This document shows, one piece after another, positions 55,679 through 64,000 of a stretch of 64,000 bases of DNA. The stretch is from contig CAWBWI010000006.1 of NCBI GenBank assembly GCA_963792585.1, positions 352,001-416,000 of the forward strand, given 5' to 3'. Numbering within the stretch: position 1 is the first letter of the stretch; every line of letters begins with the position of its first letter. A program made the position numbers and the translations under genes. The notes under the pieces are model-generated. The model was not told the DNA's origin. It saw only the letters and a program-made list of their open reading frames with translations, and searched no databases. The DNA comes from Candidatus Eiseniibacteriota bacterium (GTDB lineage: Bacteria; Eisenbacteria; RBG-16-71-46; CAIMUX01; VGJL01).

Positions 55679-56406
55679 CAGTGCCGGTGCTCCAGGAAGA
55701 GCTTGTGCACGCCGTAGCTCTCGGCGAGTTTCCCCTCGTCCAGGTCCTTCGGAGATCCGCAGAAGTGGATCTTGTGCGCCAGACATGCAACCAGGTCGGC
55801 GTGGATCGATACGACGCTGAAGTCGTGGCTGACCATCAGGACCGTCAACTCGCGTTCCGCGCGGATCCGTTCGAGCACGTGCAGAAAAGCATCGAGGGAT
55901 CGGGCGTCGACCCCCAGAGTCGGCTCGTCGAGCAGGAGCAGTCGCGGGCGGCGAATCAGCGCGCGGGCGAGGAAGAGACGTTGCCGCTCACCCCCGCTCA
56001 GAGTGCCGGCGGGTTGGCGCTCGAGGTCCATGAGCCCGAGGTCTTCGAGGACGACGTCGATCCGCGCTCGTCCTTCCCGCCCCGCTCCCCGCGGCAGCCC
56101 CATCTCCACGACGTCGCGCACGCGCGCCGGAAACCGGAAATCGAAGGTCGGGGCCTGAGGCAGGTAGCCGATCTCCCGGCTCGTCCCGGGTGGCAGGCCG
56201 AGGACGCTGATACTTCCCGAGTCCGGTTTCTCGAGGCCGATCAGGGCGCGCAGGAGGGTCGTCTTGCCGCCGCCGTTGGGGCCTATGACCCCTAGGAATC
56301 GGCCGGCCTCGACCGTGAGGTCGATGCCGTCGAGGATCGAGACCCCGCCGCGCGAGAGGCGCAGGTCGCGGATCTCTACGGCCGATGCGGCGCGCATCCC
56401 TGGCAA
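55678..56406 (-). CDS. znuC: Zn/Mn ABC ATP-binding protein
   Basis: GPNGGGKTT, GYLPQ, LSGGERQR, VSHD. Confidence 0.88.
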   Translation of the reverse strand: MPGMRAASAVEIRDLRLSRGGVSILDGIDLTVEAGRFLGVIGPNGGGKTTLLRALIGLEKPDSGSISVLGLPPGTSREIGYLPQAPTFDFRFPARVRDVVEMGLPRGAGREGRARIDVVLEDLGLMDLERQPAGTLSGGERQRLFLARALIRRPRLLLLDEPTLGVDARSLDAFLHVLERIRAERELTVLMVSHDFSVVSIHADLVACLAHKIHFCGSPKDLDEGKLAESYGVHKLFLEHRH

Positions 56407-56795
56407 GTTCCGAAGAACTCGAGGCTGTGCCTCGCGACGTGAAAACCGTGCTCGCGCAGGGCGAGGTCCTCGAGGGGACCCACCTGGCAGGTGGCAAGCG
56501 ATTCGACCGCGCCACAGATCGTGCAGACGAGGTGGTGGTGGTGATTCCGGTCGGCGATCTCGTAGCGCGCGGTTCCGTCCCCGAGTTGAACCCGGTTGGC
56601 GAGCGAGGCGGCGACGAACCGCTCGAGCGTGCGATAGACGGTCGCGAGGTCAACGCTGTCCTCGCCGAGCTGGGCGCGCAATTCCCGTGCGGTCAACGGA
56701 CGCGGCGTGGCGCGCAAGGCTTCGATGATGCGCAGACGGCGCCGGGTGCGCCTCAGCGACCGATCGCGCAGGAGATCTCCGGCGGTCGCGCTCAC
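56376..56795 (-). CDS. zur: Fur-family regulator, probably Zur
   Basis: LATVYRTL and HHHHLVCTICG...CQGC; located inside the znu operon. Confidence 0.8.
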   Translation of the reverse strand: MSATAGDLLRDRSLRRTRRRLRIIEALRATPRPLTARELRAQLGEDSVDLATVYRTLERFVAASLANRVQLGDGTARYEIADRNHHHHLVCTICGAVESLATCQVGPLEDLALREHGFHVARHSLEFFGTCQGCAPHRP

Positions 56796-57658
56796 TTCTT
56801 GTCTCCAAGGGCCTTCACGAGAGAATCGACGATGGAGCGGACCAACTCCTCGTAGGTCATGTTGCCCGGGACCCCGCCGATCGCATCGATCTCGGCGACG
56901 GGCACCCCCGCCTCACGGGCGACGACTTCGGCCATCTGCGCCGAGAGCTGCGGCTCGGCGAATACGACGCGCGCATTCGTGCTCTGGATCGACGAGACGA
57001 CTTGCTTCAGGTACTTCGGCGACGGCTCGCGACCGGGAAACACCTCGATGATGGCGATCTGCGCGAGGTGATATCGGGCAACGAGGTGGTTCAGTCCCCC
57101 GTGATAGACGGCGAAAGGGACCTCGCGGATCGGTCCGAGGGTTTCGCGGCAGTAGAGGTCCAGCTGAGAGATCGTGTTCACGGCGGCAAGGGTTCCCTTG
57201 CCGATCGAGTCTGCTTCGGCGGGCCGGAGCGACTCCAGGTCCTTGCCGATGGCCCGGGCCATCACCGCCGCCTTCAGGGGATCCAGCCAGACGTGCGGGT
57301 CGCCCTCGGGGTCCTCGGGCCCCGTCGGCGGTTCTTCGAAGTGAATGCCCTGGGCGAGGCGCTCGATCCGCATCTTGGGATTCGCCCCGCGTGCGAGGTT
57401 CTCGGCCCACCCATCCAGGTCCCGGCCGACGACGAACAGGATCTCGGCCTTGGACAGGGCGCGAACCGCGTCGGGACCGGGCTCGTAGCCGTGCGGCGAA
57501 GCTCCGGGGGGCATCAGAACCTGCACCTGAACCCGTTCTCCCCCCACCATTCGAACGAGCGCCCCGATGGGCGGAATCGAAGTGGCGACCCGGATCGGCC
57601 GCCCGAAGGAGGAAACCGGCAGGAGACACAACAGAAAGAGCGCCAGAACTCGTGTCAT
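56792..57658 (-). CDS. znuA: Zn/Mn ABC substrate-binding protein
   Basis: Signal peptide, SPHGYEP, DPHVWLDP, YHG, EPSPK. Confidence 0.88.
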   Translation of the reverse strand: MTRVLALFLLCLLPVSSFGRPIRVATSIPPIGALVRMVGGERVQVQVLMPPGASPHGYEPGPDAVRALSKAEILFVVGRDLDGWAENLARGANPKMRIERLAQGIHFEEPPTGPEDPEGDPHVWLDPLKAAVMARAIGKDLESLRPAEADSIGKGTLAAVNTISQLDLYCRETLGPIREVPFAVYHGGLNHLVARYHLAQIAIIEVFPGREPSPKYLKQVVSSIQSTNARVVFAEPQLSAQMAEVVAREAGVPVAEIDAIGGVPGNMTYEELVRSIVDSLVKALGDKK

Positions 57659-57678
57659 GGAAAGCAGGTTACGGGTCC

Positions 57679-57693
57679 TGCAAATCGCTCGCA
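57679..57693. promoter_or_regulatory. Candidate Zur operator overlapping the znuA promoter
   Basis: Imperfect palindrome TGCAA-ATCGC-TCGCA within TTGCGA-N17-TAACCT (minus strand). Confidence 0.45.
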
Positions 57694-57769
57694 AGTCAAG
57701 AATCCAGAATCTGACGAGCGACGGGTTTTCCCGGGAACCGCTCCGGCGGCGCTGTGTATCATGCGCGTT

Positions 57770-57956
57770 GGTCGGATCCACCCGCGGATGCCGGCCCCCG
57801 ATTCTACGAACTGAGCTGGTCCACGCGGGATGCGTGCCAGATCCGGCTGGGAGCTGCACCAGTAGTTCTATGGCCAATCTGGCACCCCGGTGGCACTGGC
57901 TCATCCTTACCGCCCCGGAACGGGACCTCCATCCCGGTTCCGGGGCGGTCCTTCTT
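57770..57956 (+). ncRNA. Candidate structured non-coding RNA followed by a terminator hairpin
   Basis: 92-nt rod hairpin 57812-57903 with many G-U pairs, then a GC-rich stem 57909-57949 plus CCTTCTT. Confidence 0.45.
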
Positions 57957-58005
57957 CGCCCCCGCTCCCGGGATGGTATCCTGAGCCCGAACGGAGGAAG
58001 GCGCA

Positions 58006-60036
58006 TTGGTCCAGCAGCTCCGCCGACCGGCCCGCGAGGTCCGCGTCGGCGATCTCGTGATCGGGGGGCACTCCCCGATTCTGATCCAGTCGATGACGAC
58101 CGCCGACACGCTCGACACCGAAGCGGTCGTTGCCGAGATCGCGGGCGCTTGCGGCCGCAGGCTGTCCTCTGGTTCGCCTGACCGTCCCCCACGTCAAGGC
58201 GGCCGAGAATCTACCGGCGATTCGTGAAGGAATGCGCCGGCGGGGCATCGGCGTTCCCCTCGTCGCCGACATCCACTTCACACCCGACGCGGCTCTGGTC
58301 GCGGCCGACTTCGTCGAGAAGATCCGGATCAACCCCGGAAACTACGCCGACCGCAAGCGCTTCGCGGTGAGGGAATACACCGACGCGGAGTACGGGGACG
58401 AACTCGAGCGCATCCGCGAGACGCTTCGCCCCTCTCGTCCGCAAGCTCAAGGCGATGGACCGCGCCCTGCGCATCGGCACCAACCACGGATCGTTGAGCG
58501 ATCGGATCCTGAATCGCTACGGCGACACGCCGCTCGGAATGGTCGAGTCGGCGCTCGAGTTCGTCAGGATCTGCAGGGAGATGGACTATCAGCGGATCGT
58601 CCTATCGATGAAGTCCTCGGTTGCCTCCGTGATGATCGCGGCCAACCGCCTTCTCGTCCGCAGGATGGCCGAAGAAGGGATGGACTATCCGATCCACCTC
58701 GGCGTCACCGAAGCGGGTGGCGGCCTGGAGGGGCGCATCAAGAGCGCGATCGGAATCGGCGTCCTCCTGACCGAAGGGATCGGCGACACGATTCGTGTCT
58801 CGCTCACGGAGGATTCCGTCCACGAGATCGAGGCGTGCCGCGCCCTGCTTCGCGCGGCCGCACGGCAGGCCATTCAGGTCCCGGGGACGCAGGAAAGGAC
58901 CGTGAGCGATGCCGCCTGGATCGCGCCGTCTCTTCCTCCCGGAGAACGCCGCGTGACGCGATCGATCGCGATCGGAGGCCTTGTCTGCGGCGGAAGGGCT
59001 CCCGTGAGGGTGGAGGCGCGGCTCCAGTCGACCCCTTGGTCCGCCGGAGGGCCCGGCGCCGCGATCGAGGAGGCGCGCGCCCGCCTGCGGCCGTCCGATG
59101 TGGCGGCGCCGCGCGCCGTGGCCGAGATCCTGTCGGTCGAGGCGCCGCCCGGCGCGCGGATGGAATCCCTGATTCCTTTCGCGGAGACGGTGCGCGCCGC
59201 CGAGGCAACCGCGCCCCTGCTCGTCGAGTGGGATCTGCGGGCGCCGGGAGAGATCCACGCCCTCGAGCCGCTCCTGCAATTCATCGATGCGGTCGGCGCT
59301 CGTGTGCGGCCGGAGCGCTTGCCCCTGTTGGCCAGGCTCGTGAAACGGACGCGCAGGAGCTCTGAGGATCCGTGTCGACGCGGAAGAAGCGTCGCATTGC
59401 GGCGAGATGGCCTCGTGTTGCCTCGATGAAGGATGCGAGTCGGTTTGCTTTCTCGCCGTCGGTTCCGAGGCCGCGCGCCGCGCGATTGCGGCCCTCGATG
59501 CGGGCGAGCGCACGCGAGGGATTCCCGTGTTCGTCGAGTTGCCCGCGGGCGCGATGGATGCGGCGATCGCCGGAGGTCGCACCCTCATCGACGACGGCGG
59601 CGACGGGATCGTCCTCGCGGGCGAACCGTCCGAGCCGCTCATCGGTCCGTATGCGCCGATTCCAACGGATCCGACGGGTCTCGCGTTCACGATCCTCCAG
59701 GGATGCCGGCTTCGATTGACGCGCGCCGAGTTCATCGCGTGCCCTTCCTGCGGCCGCACGCAATTCGATCTGCAGTCGACGACCCGCCGGATCCAGGAGC
59801 GAACGACGCACCTGAGCGGTGTCAAGATCGCGATCATGGGATGCATCGTCAACGGCCCGGGCGAGATGGCCGACGCCGATTTCGGATACGTTGGGAGCGC
59901 GCCGGGACGGGTCGACCTCTACGTCGGCAAGACGCGCGTCAAGCAGACGGTTCCCGAGGGCGAAGCGCCGCAACGCCTCGTCGATCTCATCAAGGAGCAC
60001 GGAATGTGGGTGGATCCTCCGGGGCCGCGGGAATGA
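58006..60036 (+). CDS. ispG: HMBPP synthase IspG, long form (frameshifts near 58150, 58430, 59360)
   Basis: [55 protein letters not shown]. Confidence 0.93.
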
Positions 60037-61499
60037 CCGACCCTGAGAAACTCCGCTTCGTAGAACCCGACGGATCCAACCGCGAGGAGATCCGCAGGCT
60101 CGGTTATCGGTTCATCGACCTGATCGTCGAGGCGGAAGCGGACGCGGCGCACCGGCCCCCCGTTCCCGACGGCGCGGCCGGCACGGACGTCGTGACCACC
60201 CCATACCTTCCGTCGACTGAGGGACGCGATCCCGAGGAGCTGCTGCGGCTGTTGAAGAACGGGATCCTGAACCGGACCCTCAACCCGGCGCACCCCGGTT
60301 ACGTCGGTCACATGGATTCCCTCTCATCCGCGGTCGGGATCTTCTCGGATGCTGTCGTCTCCGCCTGCAACAACAACATGCTCTCGTACGAGATGTCGCT
60401 CGTCTTCACGCGGATGGAAGGAGCCGTGCTCGGCTGGGCAATGCGCCGGTTCGGGTGGGCCGACGGCGGGCGCGGGTTCCTCGTGAGCGGCGGGACCCTG
60501 GCGAACATCCAGGCGGTCTGGACGGCGCGCAACGCGGTTCTCGGCCCGGCCATCGCCGATGAGGGTCTGTCGGGATCCGGCGGACGTCCGGTCATCATCG
60601 CCTCCGAGCACGCCCACTACTCGTTCATCAAGGCGGCGAACCTCCTCGGTCTCGGACGCGCGGCCCTCCTGACGATCCCCGCGGAAGCGCGCGTCAACCC
60701 CCGCGACGTCGAAGAGATGATCCTGCGGGCAAAGCTCGCGGGGCTGCGCCCCTTCTGCCTCATCGGCGTGGCGGGAACGACCGTTACCGGCGCGATCGAG
60801 CCTCTCGAGGAGATGGCGGAGATCGCCGGCCGGCACGGGCTCTGGTTCCACGTCGACGGGGCCTACGGCGGCAGCCTTGTTCTCTCCGAGGCGCTGCGCG
60901 GCAAACTGCGCGGGATCGAGCGGGCCGATTCGATCACCTGGAACCCCCAGAAGTGGCTCTACGTCCCCAAGACCTGCGCCTCGATTCTGTTCCGGGACGG
61001 CGGGGTGCTCGACGCCACGATTCGCGAGCGCTTCGTCTATGGCCGCGAGGAGGCTAACGGCGGCCGGCCGAACCTCGGCGAGTACACGATCCAGGGAACG
61101 CGCCGCGTCGACGTCCTGAAGCTCTGGATGACTCTCGAGCACTTCGGGGTCGCCTTCCTTGCGGGTTTGATCGAGGAGCAGGTCGAGCGGGCGCGCTGGC
61201 TGGCGGACCGGATCGAGGAGCACCCGGACCTCGAGTTGGTGACGCGCCCCGACATGAACATCGTCTGTTTCCGCGTCGTCCCGCGCGGCATCGACGCATC
61301 GAACGTCGAGCTGCTCGACGCGCTGCAGACGACTGTTCAGCATGAGGTCGCGCGACGGGGGCATGGATGGCTCTCGATGCCGACCTATCGTGGCCGACGC
61401 GTGCTGCGGGCCGTGATCCTTCACCCGCGCTGCGATCGAGAAGTGCTGGGCCTGCTGCTTCAGGACGTCTTGGAGGCCTCTCGAGCCGCCACCTCGTAG
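60033..61499 (+). CDS. Group II PLP-dependent decarboxylase
   Basis: [33 protein letters not shown]; substrate not assignable. Confidence 0.88.
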   Translation: MTDPEKLRFVEPDGSNREEIRRLGYRFIDLIVEAEADAAHRPPVPDGAAGTDVVTTPYLPSTEGRDPEELLRLLKNGILNRTLNPAHPGYVGHMDSLSSAVGIFSDAVVSACNNNMLSYEMSLVFTRMEGAVLGWAMRRFGWADGGRGFLVSGGTLANIQAVWTARNAVLGPAIADEGLSGSGGRPVIIASEHAHYSFIKAANLLGLGRAALLTIPAEARVNPRDVEEMILRAKLAGLRPFCLIGVAGTTVTGAIEPLEEMAEIAGRHGLWFHVDGAYGGSLVLSEALRGKLRGIERADSITWNPQKWLYVPKTCASILFRDGGVLDATIRERFVYGREEANGGRPNLGEYTIQGTRRVDVLKLWMTLEHFGVAFLAGLIEEQVERARWLADRIEEHPDLELVTRPDMNIVCFRVVPRGIDASNVELLDALQTTVQHEVARRGHGWLSMPTYRGRRVLRAVILHPRCDREVLGLLLQDVLEASRAATS

Positions 61500-62005
61500 A
61501 TCGCGAGATCGTGGTCGTTGAAGAGGACGAAGCGGACGCGCTCGAGGCCCACCCCGGGGTCCGCGAGGAAACTCAGGACGCTCGCGAGCGCGACACGGGC
61601 GGCATCCCGGATCGGGTAGCCGTACGCGCCCGTAGAGATCGAGGGGAAGGCGATGGACCGCGCCCCCTTTCCGCGCGCGGCCTCGAGCGAGGCGCGGTAG
61701 GCGGACGCGAGCAGCTCCGCCTCGTGAGATCCACCTCCCCGCCACACCGGCCCCACTGCGTGGATGACCCATCGCGCGTGGAGATCGCCACCGGTCGTGG
61801 CCACCGCCGATCCGGTCGGGCAACCGCCCAGCGCGCTGCATTCCTCCATGATCCGCGGCCCACCCGCCCGATGGATCGCGCCGTCGACGCCGCCGCCGCC
61901 CGCGAGACGGCTGTTCGCCGCGTTGACGATCGCGTCCACTTCCTGCTGCGTGATGTCGCCGCGGACGAACTCGATCAGGGCCGCGCCGACGCGGATTTCG
62001 CTCAT
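61460..62005 (-). CDS. Macrodomain O-acetyl-ADP-ribose deacetylase (YmdB-like)
   Basis: [38 protein letters not shown]. Confidence 0.93.
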   Translation of the reverse strand: MSEIRVGAALIEFVRGDITQQEVDAIVNAANSRLAGGGGVDGAIHRAGGPRIMEECSALGGCPTGSAVATTGGDLHARWVIHAVGPVWRGGGSHEAELLASAYRASLEAARGKGARSIAFPSISTGAYGYPIRDAARVALASVLSFLADPGVGLERVRFVLFNDHDLAIYEVAAREASKTS

Positions 62006-62012
62006 GCGTGGC

Positions 62013-62390
62013 CTATCCGCGCCGTTCCTTCGGCTCCTTGATCAGTTGGTTCAGGACGAAGGAGATGATCGTCATCACGATTGCGCCCAGCACGGCGGGG
62101 CCGAAGCCGGTCACGACGAATCCGTGGATGACCTTCGATGTCGCCCAGATGAGCAGTCCGTTCAGGACGAAGATGAACAAACCCAGGGTCAGAATCGTGA
62201 TCGGAAGGGTGAGGAAAATCAGGATCGGCCGGACGATCGCGTTCAGAATACCGAGGACCAGGGCGGCGAGACCGAGAGCGATCGCGCGGTCCGTCGTCGT
62301 CGCTCCCAGGATGTCGATCCCGCGGATGATCGCGGCGGTGAACCCGAGCGCGAAGAAGCTCACGATGAACTTGATCAGGAATCGGGGCAT
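62013..62390 (-). CDS. YvlD/phage-holin-family 4-TM membrane protein
   Basis: [26 protein letters not shown]. Confidence 0.88.
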   Translation of the reverse strand: MPRFLIKFIVSFFALGFTAAIIRGIDILGATTTDRAIALGLAALVLGILNAIVRPILIFLTLPITILTLGLFIFVLNGLLIWATSKVIHGFVVTGFGPAVLGAIVMTIISFVLNQLIKEPKERRG

Positions 62391-62694
62391 CTTGGCCTCC
62401 TTTCGTCGAAACGATTCGAGATGGAGCAAGAGTATCCTCGCGAGGGACGGTGTCGAAAGCGAATCCTTCGACGGCGGGAGGACACTTGGGGCATCTGCGG
62501 ACTGCCGTCCCTTGCGCGCGCCATCGATCCAGACGGACCGTCGTCCTTGATGCGTCCAATAGAGCTATTCCGCTTGATATCTGACACCCAGCGGCTACGA
62601 TTTCCTATTGCTGCGCAAGGTGGCAGTGCATCCGTAAGGGCGCAAGTGTCCTGACCTACCGTGCCTGTCGGCCGCAGATACGTGGAGGCTTGCC

Positions 62695-64000
62695 ATGGCG
62701 AAGAGCCCGCGACGCGCAGTGCTGGCGGCAGCCTGCTTCATCGTTCTGGCGGTTCTCTTCCCGTCCTGCACGGAGAAGACAGGACCGACCGAGCCCGAGC
62801 GCGACCCGATCTGCCGGCTCGCGCCCGACACCCTCACTTTCGGCACGGTCGCCGTCGGCGAGACCGTCGATCGGTCCTTCACGATCACGAATGCGGGCGG
62901 GGGAAGCCTCACGGGGACCATCGCTCCCGGCTGCGACGCTTTCTCCATCGCCGCCGGCGGGGAAGCGTACACGCTCGGGGCAGGTGAATTTCGAACGGTT
63001 CGGGTTCGCTTCAGGCCAACTTCCACAGGACCGGCGACCTGCTCGATCGATGCGGGCTCCGCGTGCGGAGGGATCTTCTGCCGGGGAACGGGAGGCGATC
63101 CTCCGCCCGCCTGCACGATCGATCCCGCGAGCCTCGATTTCGGAGAGGTGGGGCGGGGCGAGACCGCCGCGCGCACCTTCACGATCCGCAACTCGGGCGG
63201 CGGAACGCTGAGCGGGACGGTTACCTGCCCCTGCGACGTCTTCAGCCTCGACAGCCCGTCGCACCCGTTCAGCCTCGCCGCCGGCGCCGCCGACACCGTG
63301 ACCGTCTACTTCTCTCCGACCGGCTGTGGGACACGAACCTGCACCCTATCCACCGGCGTGGCCGGATGCCCCACGATTTCCTGCTCCGGCGCCAGCGAGG
63401 GGACGGGCTGCGCACTCTCGACGACGACGCTCGAATTCGGTCCAGTGGCGATCGGCGCCACCGCCGACCTCAGCTTCCAGATCACGAACGAGGGCTGCGA
63501 CACCCTCTCCGGCACGGTCGGCGAAGCGTGCGGCGACTATCAGATCGTCTCCGGCTCGGGCTCTTTCATCCTCGCCCGGGACCAATCGCGATCCGTCACG
63601 GTCCGGTTCGCGCCCTCCGCCTGCGCTCCCTCGATCTGCTTGATCGAAACCGGCGGAGGAACGTGCGGCGCGGTGACCTGCACCGGATCCGGGACCGGCG
63701 GGCAATGTCTGGTCTCCCCGCCAAGCCTCGCATTCGGCTCGGTCGGCGTCGGCGCCTTCGCCGACTCGAGCTTCTCGATCCGCAACACCGGCTGCACCAC
63801 GATCGCAGGTTCGGTCGGCGCGGGGTGCGGGGACTTCACCGTGACTGCGGGAGCGGGCGACTACGCGCTCGACCCGGGAGAGTCGCGCGCGGTCACCGTG
63901 CGCTTCCGCCCGAGCGGCTGCGGCGAACGCTCCTGTGCGCTCGACCTCGGCGCAGCGCCCTGCGGTTCGGTCCTTTGCGCGGGGACGGGCGCCGGGTCGG
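62695..64000 (+). CDS. Putative lipoprotein with tandem ASH/choice-of-anchor-D Ig-like repeats, partial
   Basis: GGAGG SD, MAKSPRR...LFPSC, four ~99-aa repeats (C....L.FG.V..G.....F.I.N.G...L.G); absent from the ORF track because it has no stop in the window. Confidence 0.8.
   Translation, partial: MAKSPRRAVLAAACFIVLAVLFPSCTEKTGPTEPERDPICRLAPDTLTFGTVAVGETVDRSFTITNAGGGSLTGTIAPGCDAFSIAAGGEAYTLGAGEFRTVRVRFRPTSTGPATCSIDAGSACGGIFCRGTGGDPPPACTIDPASLDFGEVGRGETAARTFTIRNSGGGTLSGTVTCPCDVFSLDSPSHPFSLAAGAADTVTVYFSPTGCGTRTCTLSTGVAGCPTISCSGASEGTGCALSTTTLEFGPVAIGATADLSFQITNEGCDTLSGTVGEACGDYQIVSGSGSFILARDQSRSVTVRFAPSACAPSICLIETGGGTCGAVTCTGSGTGGQCLVSPPSLAFGSVGVGAFADSSFSIRNTGCTTIAGSVGAGCGDFTVTAGAGDYALDPGESRAVTVRFRPSGCGERSCALDLGAAPCGSVLCAGTGAGS

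Noticed and set aside
61460..61499. 40-nt 3' overlap of convergent decarboxylase and macrodomain genes
   Set aside because: Short convergent overlaps are common in GC-rich genomes
62013..62390. Holin-family gene as evidence of a prophage
   Set aside because: YvlD-type proteins are common chromosomal genes and no phage genes are nearby

Overview
High-GC bacterial chromosomal segment made mostly of housekeeping and envelope genes: OMP-guaB; tRNA(CAU)-tilS-hpt-like-ftsH-folP-cdaA; dinB-DUF72; a TRAP/TPAT transporter; a GldAFG-like ABC system; rseP; glycosyltransferases with an orphan DNA methyltransferase; an OPT transporter; an ECF sigma pair; a WYL regulator; efp; amino-acid, molybdate, MacAB-like and zinc ABC systems; an M1 peptidase; ispG. 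Secreted proteins ending in a FlgD-Ig-like domain or a TWGxIK tail suggest, by inference only, an uncultured lineage such as Eisenbacteria/Krumholzibacteria. Many genes, including normally essential ones (ftsH, ispG), carry single-base frameshifts, most simply read as uncorrected long-read errors. No CRISPR array, prophage, integrase or transposase is visible. Most interesting: (i) three tandem, separately transcribed, Cys-rich secreted paralogs sharing a C-terminal TWGQIKxxYR motif and a conserved structured 5' leader; (ii) an adjacent EF-P with Asn instead of Lys/Arg at its functional tip; (iii) an HPRT homologue with a remodelled PRPP loop between tilS and ftsH; (iv) two unannotated structured RNA candidates, one starting at a sigma54-type promoter.
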